Assembly (NCBI GenBank): GCA_002269645.1
Contig: NIVC01000130.1
Location: forward strand, 434,001 to 498,000
Source: Macrostomum lignano
Lineage: Eukaryota
DNA length: 64,000 bases
Reading direction: 5' to 3'
Of the stretch, positions 41,397 through 54,374 are shown one piece after another; position 1 is the first letter of the stretch, and every line of letters starts with the position of its first letter. Made by a program: the position numbers and the translations under genes. The notes beneath the pieces were generated by a model. It was given only the letters and a program-made list of their open reading frames with translations. It searched no databases and was not told the origin of the DNA.

Positions 41397-42566
41397 CTAT
41401 TGTTTAAAGTCTCCGTGAATCCAAAACAGAGAATCGGTGTTAAAATTCTTGTTCTTTACATTGGCCGGAATGTTCCAAAGCATTGCAGTCCTCGGGCTGT
41501 AGCGCCTCTCAGCGAAGAAGCTGATCATGAACTGGCGCTCCTCCTCGCTCATGTGCTTCCTCAGCCACTCCATGTGCACCACGGGAATCGTGAAGGTGTC
41601 GAACAGCTTCTTCGCGCTCTTGAAGAACTCGCCTTCGCCTCCTTCGATGTCGACCTTCAACACGACCAGCTTCGTGTCGATGAGCGGCACGATGGAGTCC
41701 GCAGTGGCCGACATCACCGGGATCGTGTCGACGACGGCCCTGCCGAATTTGGTGGCGCCGCCCATGTTGCAGTCCTTCGGGAAGTTCAGGTACATGAGCG
41801 ACACCTGCCTGCTGACGAAGTTCCACAGCAGGTGCAGCTTGTGAGGCGAATTGGCCGCCTCGGCTGACAGCTTGATTCGAATCAGGTTGCGGATGTTCGC
41901 GTCCAGCGCGATGACGGGCACTCCGAGATCGAGGACCGACAGGCTGAACACGCCGATGTTCGAGCCGACGTCCACGAAGGTGGCGGGCGACTTGGCGGCG
42001 AGCTTGCGAATGATTTGCTGCATGATGCGGACGTTCCGCTCCTCGAAGATGTGCTCCGTGCGGATGCTGGTCGAGATGAGGTCGGGACTCGAGTAGACGA
42101 AGCTGGAGACGTTTCTCTGGGTGAGGGGGCTTCTGATGAAGGTCTGCACGCTCGCAGCTCTGACGCCTTCGATGAGCACGTGCGGCAGGTGCTGCTTGAG
42201 TCGGCAGAGCGGAAACGCGCTGTCCACGATGGTGTAGGCGGCGGCGCTTTCGCAGATGCTCTCGCTGATGGACTTGTGCAGGAAGTTGACGTTGCGGAGC
42301 TCTCGATAGACATCACACATTTTGGCAGGCAGCGGCCTGTGAATGACCAGCGCGTTTTCCGGAGAAGACGCTTCTGATGGCTTAATGACGTCAAGCTGTA
42401 ATGTTGAATTTTGCTTTCGGGTCCTCACTGCTGGTAGCTTTTCTAATCCAGTTGGCATTTTTTTGCCGAAAATTGCATCGAAGTGCCAGCTGCGGTACAT
42501 CCCATAAAACAATCCGATTACTACCAACGGCGTTAGAAGGATTATGGGCATCTTCAATTGCCTCAT
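41397..42566 (-). CDS. Type II membrane FkbM-family methyltransferase, paralogue 2 (intact, intronless CDS)
   Basis: ATG at 42566, anchor IILLTPLVVIGLFYGM, motifs FVDVGSNIG, KVDIEGGE and VHMEW. Confidence 0.88.
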   Translation of the reverse strand: MRQLKMPIILLTPLVVIGLFYGMYRSWHFDAIFGKKMPTGLEKLPAVRTRKQNSTLQLDVIKPSEASSPENALVIHRPLPAKMCDVYRELRNVNFLHKSISESICESAAAYTIVDSAFPLCRLKQHLPHVLIEGVRAASVQTFIRSPLTQRNVSSFVYSSPDLISTSIRTEHIFEERNVRIMQQIIRKLAAKSPATFVDVGSNIGVFSLSVLDLGVPVIALDANIRNLIRIKLSAEAANSPHKLHLLWNFVSRQVSLMYLNFPKDCNMGGATKFGRAVVDTIPVMSATADSIVPLIDTKLVVLKVDIEGGEGEFFKSAKKLFDTFTIPVVHMEWLRKHMSEEERQFMISFFAERRYSPRTAMLWNIPANVKNKNFNTDSLFWIHGDFKQ

Positions 42567-42683
42567 TGTTGAGCGCACCTGCAATGTTTTTAAAGATTTA
42601 ATTACGTTTTTTCCAGCGGGGCACGAGGGATGAACAGTTCCAGGGGTCTGGCAATAATCTGAAACAAGCTTTTGCGGCTAAAA

Positions 42684-43661
<978 letters not shown>

Positions 43662-44183
43662 GCGTATCAAATCTTCAAGCACGCAGCTGGGCTTTTCTTC
43701 TGATTTAGCTGCTTGAGTATGCTCAAGCTTTTAAAAGAGAGAATTTAGCTGATATAAGGATGGTCCGATCCTAAAACACGAGTGACTGTACACTGCGAGG
43801 TCTGCAGGGTTTTCGAACTTAGCACCCATGAGGTGAATCTTCAACTCCTTCATCATTCGTGCTGCCGTCCAACCCCCTCCCCTCCCCCCCTAGCATGCTC
43901 TGCCCTTTCTCTCGGCTTCTTCATGAGAGGAGCCGCAGATTCTCTATCCCATTTCCCCTGCGAGCTCAGGGACTCGGGGCACTTCATTGACGTCCCATGG
44001 TTCACTCAGTCCTGCACCCGCCCGCTGTGTGCAGTTGTGGCTAAAATGCGGCTCTGAGGCTCTCCTCAGTCTCCTTTCTCTCGAATATGGCCGCCCGTTA
44101 GCGGAACCCATCCCACGCTAAAAACAGCCCGTTAGCGGGATGCGCCCCACGATGGGATGGGCTCCCTTAACGCGGGCCAGCCC

Positions 44184-44880
44184 TTGACTTACTTGACTTA
44201 GCTGCAGGGCGGTCCGAAGACGCAGCGGGGAGGCGAGCGTCGCCCATTCCGCTAATCCCGGAAAGGCCCGCATAGGCTAGGGCGCGGGGCCGGTCAGGGA
44301 GGTCTGCCGGGCCTGTCAGCAGCGTTGCCTTCGGTGGGGAAGACGGAGGCTCGTTTGGTGGCCCGGAGGAACCGGATGAGCCGTGGGATGTTCTCGGGCC
44401 GGCAAACGTCGTCCAGGGACGGGTTGGGCCCGAGGTGGTTGAGCCGGTCTCGGTTGAAGGCCGGGCAGTAGCAGACGAAGTGCTTGGCGTCTTCGTTCTC
44501 GAGGTTGCAGAAAGGGCAGAGTTCGCTCCGGCGGGCACTTCGGAGGAAACAGTGCCTGGCAAAGCAACCGAGACCTGTGAAGGTCATAGTGAGAGCGCGG
44601 ATATCTTTTCGATTTTGGTTCAAAAGGATTCTCCGCAGCTTGAGGGACGGATTGGGCACTGCCGCACCATCCCATCTGCGCAAGTGCAGGATGTCCGCCC
44701 AGTCGTTAATCTGACGATTAATGACAGTGGCGGGGATGGGGGCCAGGGGCACGGGGCCAAGGGGCGAGCCGGAACAGCCCGCCTTGCGGGCCAGCCCACA
44801 ATGGTTGGGATATGCCATTGTGGTGCTGTGGAGAAGCAGACGCCAGAACTTGACTCGCATTGGTTGGCAAGATACATGGC
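44184..44880 (-). mobile_element. 3' fragment of a LOA/R1-like LINE (end of RNase H region, CCHC finger, short tandem tail)
   Basis: LARKAGCSGSPLGPVP, LTMTFTGLG, CPFCNLENEDAKHFVCYCPAF..DRLNHLG; ends in TAAGTCAAGTAAGTCAA. Confidence 0.7.
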
Positions 44881-45067
44881 ACTAATTCAAAAAATAAAAA
44901 ACATTTTTTCCGCGTGAGCGCTAGTTGCATTGACCTTGCCAGGGCGCTAAAATAGGCGCCGAGAAGCTGAAATTGGCGCCGGAATATTGAAATTGGAGCC
45001 AAGAAGTAGCAGGCTGATATACGCTGCCACTTGTGCGCCATTCCAGCGCTGATTTCAGCGTTCCGGA

Positions 45068-45425
45068 ACTGATTTGGGGATCCTGGCGCTGATTTGGGGA
45101 TCCTGGCGCCGATTTGGGATCCTGGCGCCGATTTGGGGATCCTGGCGCTGATTTGGGATCTTGGTGCCGATTTGGGGATCCTGGCGCTGATTTGGTATCC
45201 TGGCGCCGATTTGGGGATCCTGGCGCTGATTTGGGATCCTGGCGCCGATTTGGGGATCCTGGCGCCGATTTGGGGATCCTGGCGCCGATTTGGGGATCCT
45301 GGCGCCGATTTGGGGATCCTGGCGCCGATTTGGGGATCCTGGCGCCGATTTGGGGATCCTGGCGCCGATTTGGGGATCCTGGCGCCGATTTGGGGATCCT
45401 GGCGCCGATTTGGGGATCCTGACGC
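45068..45425. repeat. Minisatellite, about 20 bp (ggcgccgatttggggatcct), flanked by inverted aattggcgccggaa motifs
   Basis: Directly visible; the inverted motifs lie near 44970 and 45437. Confidence 0.85.
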
Positions 45426-46739
45426 CAAATTTGGCTTCCGGCGCCAATTCGAGCTTTCCAGCGCTGATTTTGGCCTTTTTAGGCATGGCTTCAGGGATCA
45501 GCACTGATTTATATCAATTTGGCACTATAAAAATCAAAAGTGTCATTTTTGAACTTGTTATTGATTGTTGTTGTTTGTTGTTTGTTTTGTTATTGATTAT
45601 TTGTCAATAAGGTATGCTCCATTTAGATCACTATTTGCTGAGTTTCATTTTATGCGACTCAGGATCTAATAAATATCTACTACCTTGTTATTATAATTGA
45701 GTTATGGTTTACTTTTACGACTTAATTGTGTAATGCCTTTGTCCCTATCTCTGATTCCTCATGTTGGAATCCGAATCCCCGATTCTTAATGCCCTATCCC
45801 TGATTCCTCATGTTGGAATCCGAATCCCCGATTCTTAATTCCCTATCCCTGATTCCTCATGTTGGAATCCGAATCCCCGATTCTTATGCTAGGGACGCGA
45901 GTACAAGAAGCGTTGGATTTTGTCTTGTACGCTAATGCGCACTAGCGTTCCACACTCACCCCACACCCACCCTTCTCCGCTCGTGGGCCGGCCCCCGTTA
46001 AGAGAGCCCACTCCACCGTGGGTTGGGTCCCGTTAGCGGGATTTTTTAGCGTGGATGGGCTCCGTTAGCGGCGGGCCGTTAGGTGTCGAATGAGGTCTAA
46101 AAAATCCTACTCAGAATTCATTGCGATGCTTTTTATTTCATTTGAACTGGCCAGCATCTGCGAGCGAGCTATCTGATCGCTAAAATATTTCTGGCTTCTA
46201 TTGAAAAAAGATAAAAACTATATAAATGATAGGATTAAAAATAATCGTTGATATAAATTATTAAAATTCTTAAATCGATTCCTACAATCTCAAATCGATC
46301 CCTACAATCCAAATCGATTCCTACAATTCCAAATCGATTCCTACAATCCCAAATCGATCCCTACAATCCCAAATCGATCCCTACAATCTCAAATCGATTG
46401 CTACAATCCCAAATCGATTCTTTCTGACAGAATCGTTAAATATCTCGATGGTCCAGAGGGCTGGCGACTTGATTCTTGTTTGTGAAGGTGCTAGACAAAA
46501 ATTTAGCCCATGTTCTTGAATTTCGTGTGCCTGCATCGCTTCGTTCCGGCGCAGCAACGAAAATTTGTCAAGGGATGGAGGATCCCTTTCACTTTGGTAG
46601 TTCGAAGGGCGGAAAATGGCTTGACCTTCCTACTGTTAAGCAGTTGATTACGAGTACAATCTGCCGCTAGTCATTGAAAGGTAGGACTTAACTAAATCGA
46701 TATTTGCCTGCGTAATTGAGGTCTCGCTGAGATTTACGA

Positions 46740-47345
46740 GTGACATCATATTCAAGTGACATCATATCCAAGTGACATCATATCCAAGTGACATCATATC
46801 CAAGTGACATCATATCCAAGTGACATCATATCCAAGTGACATCATATCCAAGTGATATCATATCCAAGTGACATCATATCCAAGTGACATCATATCCAAG
46901 TGACATCATATCCAAGTGACATCATATCCAAGTGACATCATATCCAAGTGACATCATATCCAAGTGACATCATATCCAAGTGACATCATATCCAAGTGAC
47001 ATCATATCAAAGTGACATCATATCCAAGTGACATCATATCCAAGTGACATCATATCCAAGTGACATCATATCCAAGTGACATCATATCCAAGTGACATCA
47101 TATCAAAGTGACATCATATCCAAGTGACATCATATCCAAGTGACATCATATCCAAGTGACATCATATCCAAGTGATATCATATCCAAGTGATATCATATC
47201 CAAGTGACATCATATCCAAGTGACATCATATCCAAGTGACATCATATCCAAGTGACATCATATTCAAGTGACATCATATCCAAGTGACATCATATCCAAG
47301 TGACATCATATCCAAGTGACATCATATCCAAGTGACATCATGACT
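46740..47345. repeat. Minisatellite, 16 bp (tgacatcatatccaag)
   Basis: Directly visible. Confidence 0.95.
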
Positions 47346-47979
47346 TCAAGAAGGCCATTTGGCGCACCGAAGTACACAAGCTCTGGAAGTGAGCTTACAC
47401 AAATAAATGATGCACAAGTGACACTGAGCATTTTTATTGTATTTAGCTCACGGCTATCGGTACAATCGCGAACACACGTTGGTACAATAGTGCATACATG
47501 TACGCAAATTTATGGTTTATTACAGTCTGCGTCGTTAAAGTACAGCTAGACAGGTAAAACTAAATGTGTAAGGAACGCAGTTGGCTGGGTCACAGAAGGT
47601 GTCGCACAAGTGCAGATGACTGTAAAATAAAATATTGGCAGGAGGTTTCAATGCCTTCGGCAAGGTCGTCAACACAGCCAGTCCCACAATGGGACAATTC
47701 TGCCCATTTCCCTGACTCCTGAGCACACTACAAGCGCGCCAATACTGTGCTCAAACACGCACTCCTACACACGAGCTACGAGTAACACAGGGTGTAACAG
47801 CACTGACTTTCTAGCTCGTAATCATCAGATTAGAAGCAGAAGTAGCAGAAGCATACAAAATTTGTGAGTAATCGTTGCTCGCAGAAGGGTGTAAAAAATA
47901 TCTAACATCGGATCTAGAATCTTTCCTGCCAAAATTTTGCAATTAAAGACAAACTGTCTCGACAATAAAGCTTGCAGCG

Positions 47980-49128
47980 TCACTTTAAAGATTCGAGCAC
48001 GAGACCAAGATAGTCGTCGCGAATCCAGAGCAAACGGTCGCAATGAAATTTCCGGTCCCCTGGATTAGCAACAACTATTGATGCGTCCTTGATGCTCCTA
48101 GGGCTGTATCGTCTCTCAGCGAAGAAGCTGATCATGAACTGGCGCTCCTCCTCGCTCATCTGCCAATTGAGCCACTTCATGTGCACCACGGGAATCGTGA
48201 AGGTGTCGAACAGCTTCTGCGCGCTCTTGAAGAACTCGCCTTCGCTTCCTTCGATGGCAACTTTTAACACAACCAGCTTGGTGTCGATGAGCGGCACAAT
48301 GGAGTCCGCGGTGGCCGACATCACCGGGATCGTGTCGACGACAGATTTGCCGCCAAAGTTGGTGGCGCCGCCGACGTTGCACTGCTGAGGGAAGTTCAGG
48401 TAGGTGAAATGAACTCGCGTGCTGATGAAGTTCCACAGCAGGTGCAGCTTGTGAGGCGAATTGGCCGCCTCGGCTGACAGCTTGATTCGAATCAGGTTGC
48501 GGATGTTCGCGTCCAGCGCGATGACGGGCACTCCGAGATCGAGGACCGACAGGCTGAACACGCCGATGTTCGAGCCGACGTCCACGAAGGTTACTAAAGA
48601 TTTTTCTTGAAACTTCTTTACAATTTTCTGCAAAATGAGAACGCTATTGGCCTCGAATATGTGCGACTGATAGACCGCTGCCGAGATGATGTCCTTGCAC
48701 GAATAGATGAAGCACGGTATGCTTCTCTGGCTAACGGGACTCTTCAGTGTCGCTTCCCTGCTTCCAGCTTTTACGCCTTTGATGAGCACCTGCGGCAGGT
48801 GCTGCTTGAGTCGGCAGAGCGGAAACGCGCTGTCCACGATGGTGTAGGCGGCGGCGCCTTCGCAGATGCCCTCGCTGATGGACTTGTGCAGGAAGTTCAC
48901 GTTGCGGAGCTCGCTGTAGGCGCCGCAGGCACCCGACGGCAGAGGGTTGTCAACAGTCGCTGGCACTGTGCCGTGATCTGGCACAAGAGCATTGTTAGCT
49001 TTGGAGCAGATCTGCATGAGGCTGCCGCTGACCAGCAGTTTGTAGATAATAATAGCCAACATCATTGCCAGAATAATTGTAATTATGTCTTTCAGTACTC
49101 GACGTCTTTGCTGTCGGGCTAGGTTCAT
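47980..49128 (-). CDS. Type II membrane FkbM-family methyltransferase, paralogue 3 (intact ORF, altered acidic motifs)
   Basis: 382 aa; anchor IITIILAMMLAIIIYKLLV; FVDVGSNIG retained; KVAIEGSE and VHMKW in place of KVDIEGGE and VHMEW. Confidence 0.88.
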   Translation of the reverse strand: MNLARQQRRRVLKDIITIILAMMLAIIIYKLLVSGSLMQICSKANNALVPDHGTVPATVDNPLPSGACGAYSELRNVNFLHKSISEGICEGAAAYTIVDSAFPLCRLKQHLPQVLIKGVKAGSREATLKSPVSQRSIPCFIYSCKDIISAAVYQSHIFEANSVLILQKIVKKFQEKSLVTFVDVGSNIGVFSLSVLDLGVPVIALDANIRNLIRIKLSAEAANSPHKLHLLWNFISTRVHFTYLNFPQQCNVGGATNFGGKSVVDTIPVMSATADSIVPLIDTKLVVLKVAIEGSEGEFFKSAQKLFDTFTIPVVHMKWLNWQMSEEERQFMISFFAERRYSPRSIKDASIVVANPGDRKFHCDRLLWIRDDYLGLVLESLK

Positions 49129-49429
49129 TGTGCTGTAATCCCTGGAATTCGAAGTAGCTCGTAGTTAATTTCCACGCAACTAGCATACTGTTGCAAGCTT
49201 GATTTACTAGCAAAAGCCCTAATTTATTGTCTTATATTCTTGCTATGAATATTTACGTTAATAAGCTGCAAAATAACGGTAAATTGTATAAAAAATGAAA
49301 CATAAAAACGCTCGTTTAGACTCGGAAGCCTTGCTTTGCTTCTTTTTAAAAGCAAACGTGCGTTACTAGCAAAATGTGCTGTCCTTAAGTAGGCTTTCCC
49401 GAAGTGAACTGCAACCAAACCACTATCCA

Positions 49430-49830
49430 ACACTTGAGTGAACTGCCACTAAGCAACGTTGATCCATTGGGTGGACTGCCACTGAGCAACGTTGATCCAT
49501 TGAGTGAACTACCACTGAGCAACGTTGATCCATTGAGTGAACTACCACTGAGCAACGTTGATCCATTGGGTGAACTACCACTGAGCAACGTTGATCCATT
49601 GGGTGAACTACCACTAAGCAACGTTGATCCATTGGGTGAACTACCACTAAGCAACGTTGATCCATTGGGTGAACTACCACTAAGCAACGTTGATCCATTG
49701 GGTGAACTACCACTAAGCAACGTTGATATATTGAGTGAACTACCACTGAGCAACGTTGATCCATTGAGTGAACTATACCACTAAGCACCGTGGTATAACT
49801 AAGCAACGTTGATCGATTGAGTGAACTACT
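49430..49830. repeat. Minisatellite, 30 bp (ccactgagcaacgttgatccattgggtgaa-type)
   Basis: Directly visible. Confidence 0.92.
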
Positions 49831-50774
49831 ACTGAGCCACCCTTGCCGCTAAATTAGTCTTCTCTGTGAAACATTATTTCACTCATCTAGTATAATCTGT
49901 TGGCTAAAATACACAATTTAGTATCCAAGCAAAAGTTGAATAAAATGCTAAATTTTCTACAGTTTCTCACCTTTATTTAGTATTCTGATAAAACCAGCCG
50001 CTTTCTGTATTCTATAGTTCGCAACGAGCTCGGAGCACAGCTCTAGCGATTTTATTGCTCACTATACTGTACGCAGAGAGAGAGAGGCAGTCGTGAGAGA
50101 GCAGCTCAGAAGCGAGATGAGCTGGTTGGGCAGCTAGTAGTATACCCATACGTGCTTGCTCTGTTTGATGCTTTGCACAGTCTGCTTTTGCGTAGCTAGC
50201 ATTCTTTTTTTCTCTAGCTATAGACTGACTAACAATAGAAACTCGGGGTTAGGCATCAATCTGGGTTAAACTGCCCGCTAAAAAATGCTAGCTAAGGGTA
50301 TGGAAAATTGTCATTGTTTGCTTCGACGACAAAAATAGACGCAATGCATGAGTAATATGCGAGCATCAATATTTTTATGAGTGCTCAACTTACGCTTCGA
50401 GCACTGCCGAAAATTGGGAGTTGTTGGTAGGCCAATCCCGAGCATCAAAGAGATAGCTGGCTTTGATGCCAAAGCTCACAGGGGTACTGATATCTTAGGC
50501 TAAGATAGCCAGCTCTCGACCGGGTGCTTTTTTTGCTTAAAACATTTTCAACGTCAAAAGCTACATGTAGATTATTCAAACAAATCGATTTTTTCTTTTT
50601 CGCCTCCTAAATGGAGGGGGCGAATATTGCTAGTCTAAAAAGCTGCCATGCCCCATCATGAGACAACTCAAGTAGGACGCAATACACTCGAGTTTCTTAT
50701 AAAATGAGCTGGAGGCTGATAAAGAACTGATAGTTGTCGTTTTGCCAGTGCGTTGAGTATGCTCTTGAGAAATC

Positions 50775-51165
50775 AGATTTATTTGTCTATGGCCAAATGC
50801 AGCTCTGTGGCAGTGTGGCTTTGATTGGCTTTATTGTCTATGGCCGAATGCAGTTCTGTTGCATGAGTGGCTTTGATTGGCTTTATTGTCTATGGCCGAG
50901 TGCAGTTCTGTGGCAGTGGCTTTGATTTGCTTTATTGTCTATGGCCGAGTGCAGTTCTGTGGCTGTGGCTTTGATTGGCTTTATTGTCTATGGCCGAGTG
51001 CAGCTCTGTGGCAGTGTGGCTTTGATTGGCTTTATTGTCTATGGCCGAGTGCAGTTCTGTGGCAGTGGCTTTGATTTGCTTTATTGTCTATGGCCGAGTG
51101 CAGTTCTGTGGCTGTGGCTTTGATTGGCTTTATTGTCTATGGCCGAGTGCAGTTCTGTGGCAGTT
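50775..51165. repeat. Tandem repeat of about 50 bp (ctttattgtctatggccgagtgcagttctgtggcagtggctttgattgg)
   Basis: Directly visible. Confidence 0.9.
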
Positions 51166-51740
51166 GATTATCCGGCTAAACTATCCTTAACTAGAGTAAC
51201 AAAAGTAATGATGTTGTTTAGCATGTACTCATAGCTTTTGCGTATTTTAAGGGCCAAACAGAAATTTCAGCCTAGCTTATTGCTTTGAGATGAAATCAAA
51301 ATTGTCCTTTAAATGAGCCCCTAATGTAGGATAGACGTAAAATCTTTTTTTCTGAGAATGGAAGCATGCAAAGGTGAAATTGTCAATAGCTGTGTGTGTC
51401 GTACTCAATGAACACGCCAGTTTCTACCAGTTTCTCTCTCCTCCCTCTCTCTCTCACAGCATCAGACCAGCAGGTCGCATAAGAGGTTAGCGTGAATAAC
51501 GTACGTACACATGGTTTGTTATAGCCAGATCCCGCGCACCCCTTCTCTCTCCCCTCCCCTATACACACGGAGGCCTTCCCTCTCTCAGCTGGTGGCGGAG
51601 TTGAGTACACTCAACCAGTGCTAATAGAGAAGATTTTCTGCCAGACAGTGCATAGCATGCCTGTAAAATATCCAACAGCCCAATAAGAAGTAGTTTTCAC
51701 CAATTTCTCAGTCTAGAGCAGCTCAGGTTTAGTCAAATCA

Positions 51741-53110
51741 ATGAAGCAAAACAATCATCAGCATCAGCAGCAGCAGAAAGCCGTCGAGTTCAACATCGGC
51801 GGCAAAACCGTAGCCGTATCGCCCAACATCGCCGACAAGTTTCCAAATTGTCGATTAGCCCGCCTACTGTCCGGCCGAGAATTGGCCGGCTGCGTTGATT
51901 CGACTGGCCGGCCGTTTCTCGACCGGAATCCGGCTGTGTTTGGGATGGCGCTGGACTTTCTCAGGCACGGCGGTCGCTTCCTACCGCCCTGCGATTTGCA
52001 ACGATTTGACGACTGGGAGCGGCTCGAGGCCGAGGCCGAGTACCTGCAGCTGCCTGAGCTGGCTGCTCAACTGCGCACTCTGCAGCGCGATCGAGAGGGC
52101 GCCTCAGCATCCGCTGATCTGCCCAGGCGGAAGCAGCAATCCAGCCTGCAGCAGCAGCAACAGCAGGTGGCATTTCTGGAGGTTGGCGAGTCTGAGCAGG
52201 CAGTGTTCTTGGAGGGCGCCGATCCGCAGAGGCAACTCGTGCTGCTGGTGAGCAGCCCGATTATAGCAATTATAAATTGGATTGCTAATCTAGCCAATCA
52301 AGTATAGATTTTATGAATGGCTTGCTAATCTAGCCAATCAAGTATAGATTTTATGAATGGCTTGCTAATCTAGCCAATCAAGTATGAATTTTATGAATGG
52401 ATTGCTAATCTAGCCAATCAAGTATAGATTTTATGAATGGCTTGCTAATCTAGCCAATCAAGTATAGATTTTATGAATGGCTTGCTAATCTAGCCAATCA
52501 AGTATGAATTTTCGTTAATGGATTGCTAATCTAGCCAATCAAGTATGAATTTTATGAATGGATTGCTAATCTAGCCAATCAAGTATGAATTTTATGAATG
52601 GATTGCTAATCTAGCCAATCAAGTATAGATTTTATGAATGGCTTGCTAATCTAGCCAATCAAGTATGAATTTTCGTTAATGGATTGCTAATCTAGCCAAT
52701 CAAGTATGAATTTTATGAATGGATTGCTAATCTAGCCAATCAAGTATAAATTTTATGAATGGATTGCTAATCTAGCCAAGCGTACCTGCACACTTCAGGG
52801 CGAGTTGGGCGCGCTTCGTGAAGTGCTCCGCAAGCGGCTGAACCCGCTGCTGCCCCGACTGATGCAGCGAGCTGACGAGCTGTCGGAGCGACGCGGTCGC
52901 CGCTTGCACGACGCCGACTCGGTGAGCCTCAGCCTGCCGGAGGGCCACCTCAGAGAGCGCGGCCTCGGATCGCTGGACGAGTTCAGGCCGGTCCTGCTGC
53001 GGGAGGTGGCCCGGCTGGCTTTGCCTGGGCCGCCAGGACAACTCACGCTGAGCACAGGGGAGCACCGGCTGCTATTCCGGGTGCCCGCCTGCGAGGACCT
53101 TGCCAACTAA
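51741..53110 (+). CDS. KCTD-like BTB/POZ (T1-type) protein; exons 51741-52247 and 52799-53110
   Basis: VEFNIGG, FLDRNPAVFGMALDFLR and EAEAEYLQL motifs; the phase-0 donor CTG|GTGAGC and acceptor cacttcag join in frame (about 272 aa). Confidence 0.82.
52275..52780. repeat. Minisatellite, about 39 bp (tggattgctaatctagccaatcaagtatgaattttatgaa)
   Basis: Directly visible; fills the BTB gene intron. Confidence 0.92.
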
Positions 53111-53159
53111 TTGGGACTCGGGATAATTATGATAGGGAGTTAAATGAGAGACATGGATT

Positions 53160-53500
53160 TTAAGTGAGGGATTTGGGATTTGAAATAGGAGATTTTGAAA
53201 TTTGAAGTGGAGGATTTGGGATTTGAAATGATGGAATTTGGGATTTGAAGTGAGAGATTTGGGGATTTGAAGTGAGGGATTTTGGGATTTGAGTTTGGGG
53301 CTTTGAAACGAGGGATTTTTGGATTTGAAATGAGAGATTTGGCTTTGAAATGAGGGATTTTGGGATTTGAAGGGATTTGGCTTTGAAATGAGGGATTTGG
53401 GGATTTTAAGTGAAGGATTTTGGGATTTGAAGTGAGAGCTTTTGGTATTTGAAGTAAGGGATTTGGGATTTGAAATGATGGATCAGGATTTGGAACGGGA
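53160..53500. repeat. Degenerate gggattttgggatttgaa-type repeat
   Basis: Directly visible. Confidence 0.8.
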
Positions 53501-54374
53501 TTAGGGATCCGGAACTGTAACAGGGATTAAGTTGTTTGTTTTTAAATCGATATTTAGAGTGATAAATTAACAATGGAGAGCTACAGAGTTGGGATAAATG
53601 TAAAACGTTTGCCTATTCGTGTCACTATTTTGAAATATGTGCGAAACTATTGGTTTCACCATTTAACAGAGTTGCTTTAATTTGCGTTACAAGTACATTA
53701 AATTTCGTGTGCAAGCATGTGATTTTGTAGCGTGAACTAACTGTACACACAAGAAATCTTTTCTTATCCCACTTCTCTATGTCGCAATGCACCCTTTAAA
53801 ACGATATATTACTGAATCATAAGTAAATCTTTAAATGTTTTTTCAAACTTGCTTTATAAACATTTCATAACCTATGGATTTATGTTTTAGTTATTGAAGT
53901 TTCGTTTTCGGAGGGGCGCTCAGCGAATTGTCCCAAAAAGAAATTTCTAAGAAAATGGTCTTCGAATGGAGTTTCTAAGAATATTGTCTTCAAAAGCAAA
54001 TTCTACGAAAATTGTTCTTAAAGGCAATTTCTAAGAAAATTGTCCTCAAATATTCTGAAAATGGTTCCCAATGGAATTTTCAAAAAAATTCCGAAATAGA
54101 ATTTTTAAGAAAATTCTCCACGCATAGAGATTGTCCTCAAATGGAGATTGTTTTGACACCCCAAATAGTGTAAAAGCACATTGATAAAAGCAAAAATAAC
54201 AAAATCAATTCAGAACAAAAATCGGCACTGTAACAAAGTTTACTACTCTTACTGAGTAATATGCTAAGCAATGAAATTATGCATAAGATGTTGTTAATTT
54301 ATTATAAATAGTAGCAGAATATTTAACAAAATAAAGAAACCATAAAATTGCTTAATTAATTACGAATAGCAGTA

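Larger units (their letters stand above)
44089..46078. mobile_element. Composite non-autonomous element bounded by diverged inverted repeats of about 95 bp
   Basis: 44089-44183 aligns with the reverse complement of 45985-46078 (about three-quarters identical by eye); each arm has repeated CCGTTAGCGG motifs. Confidence 0.6.

Noticed and set aside
39028-42394. Overlapping alternative-frame and antisense ORFs over the methyltransferase genes
   Set aside because: They are shadows of GC3-rich coding sequence and are duplicated only because the genes are.
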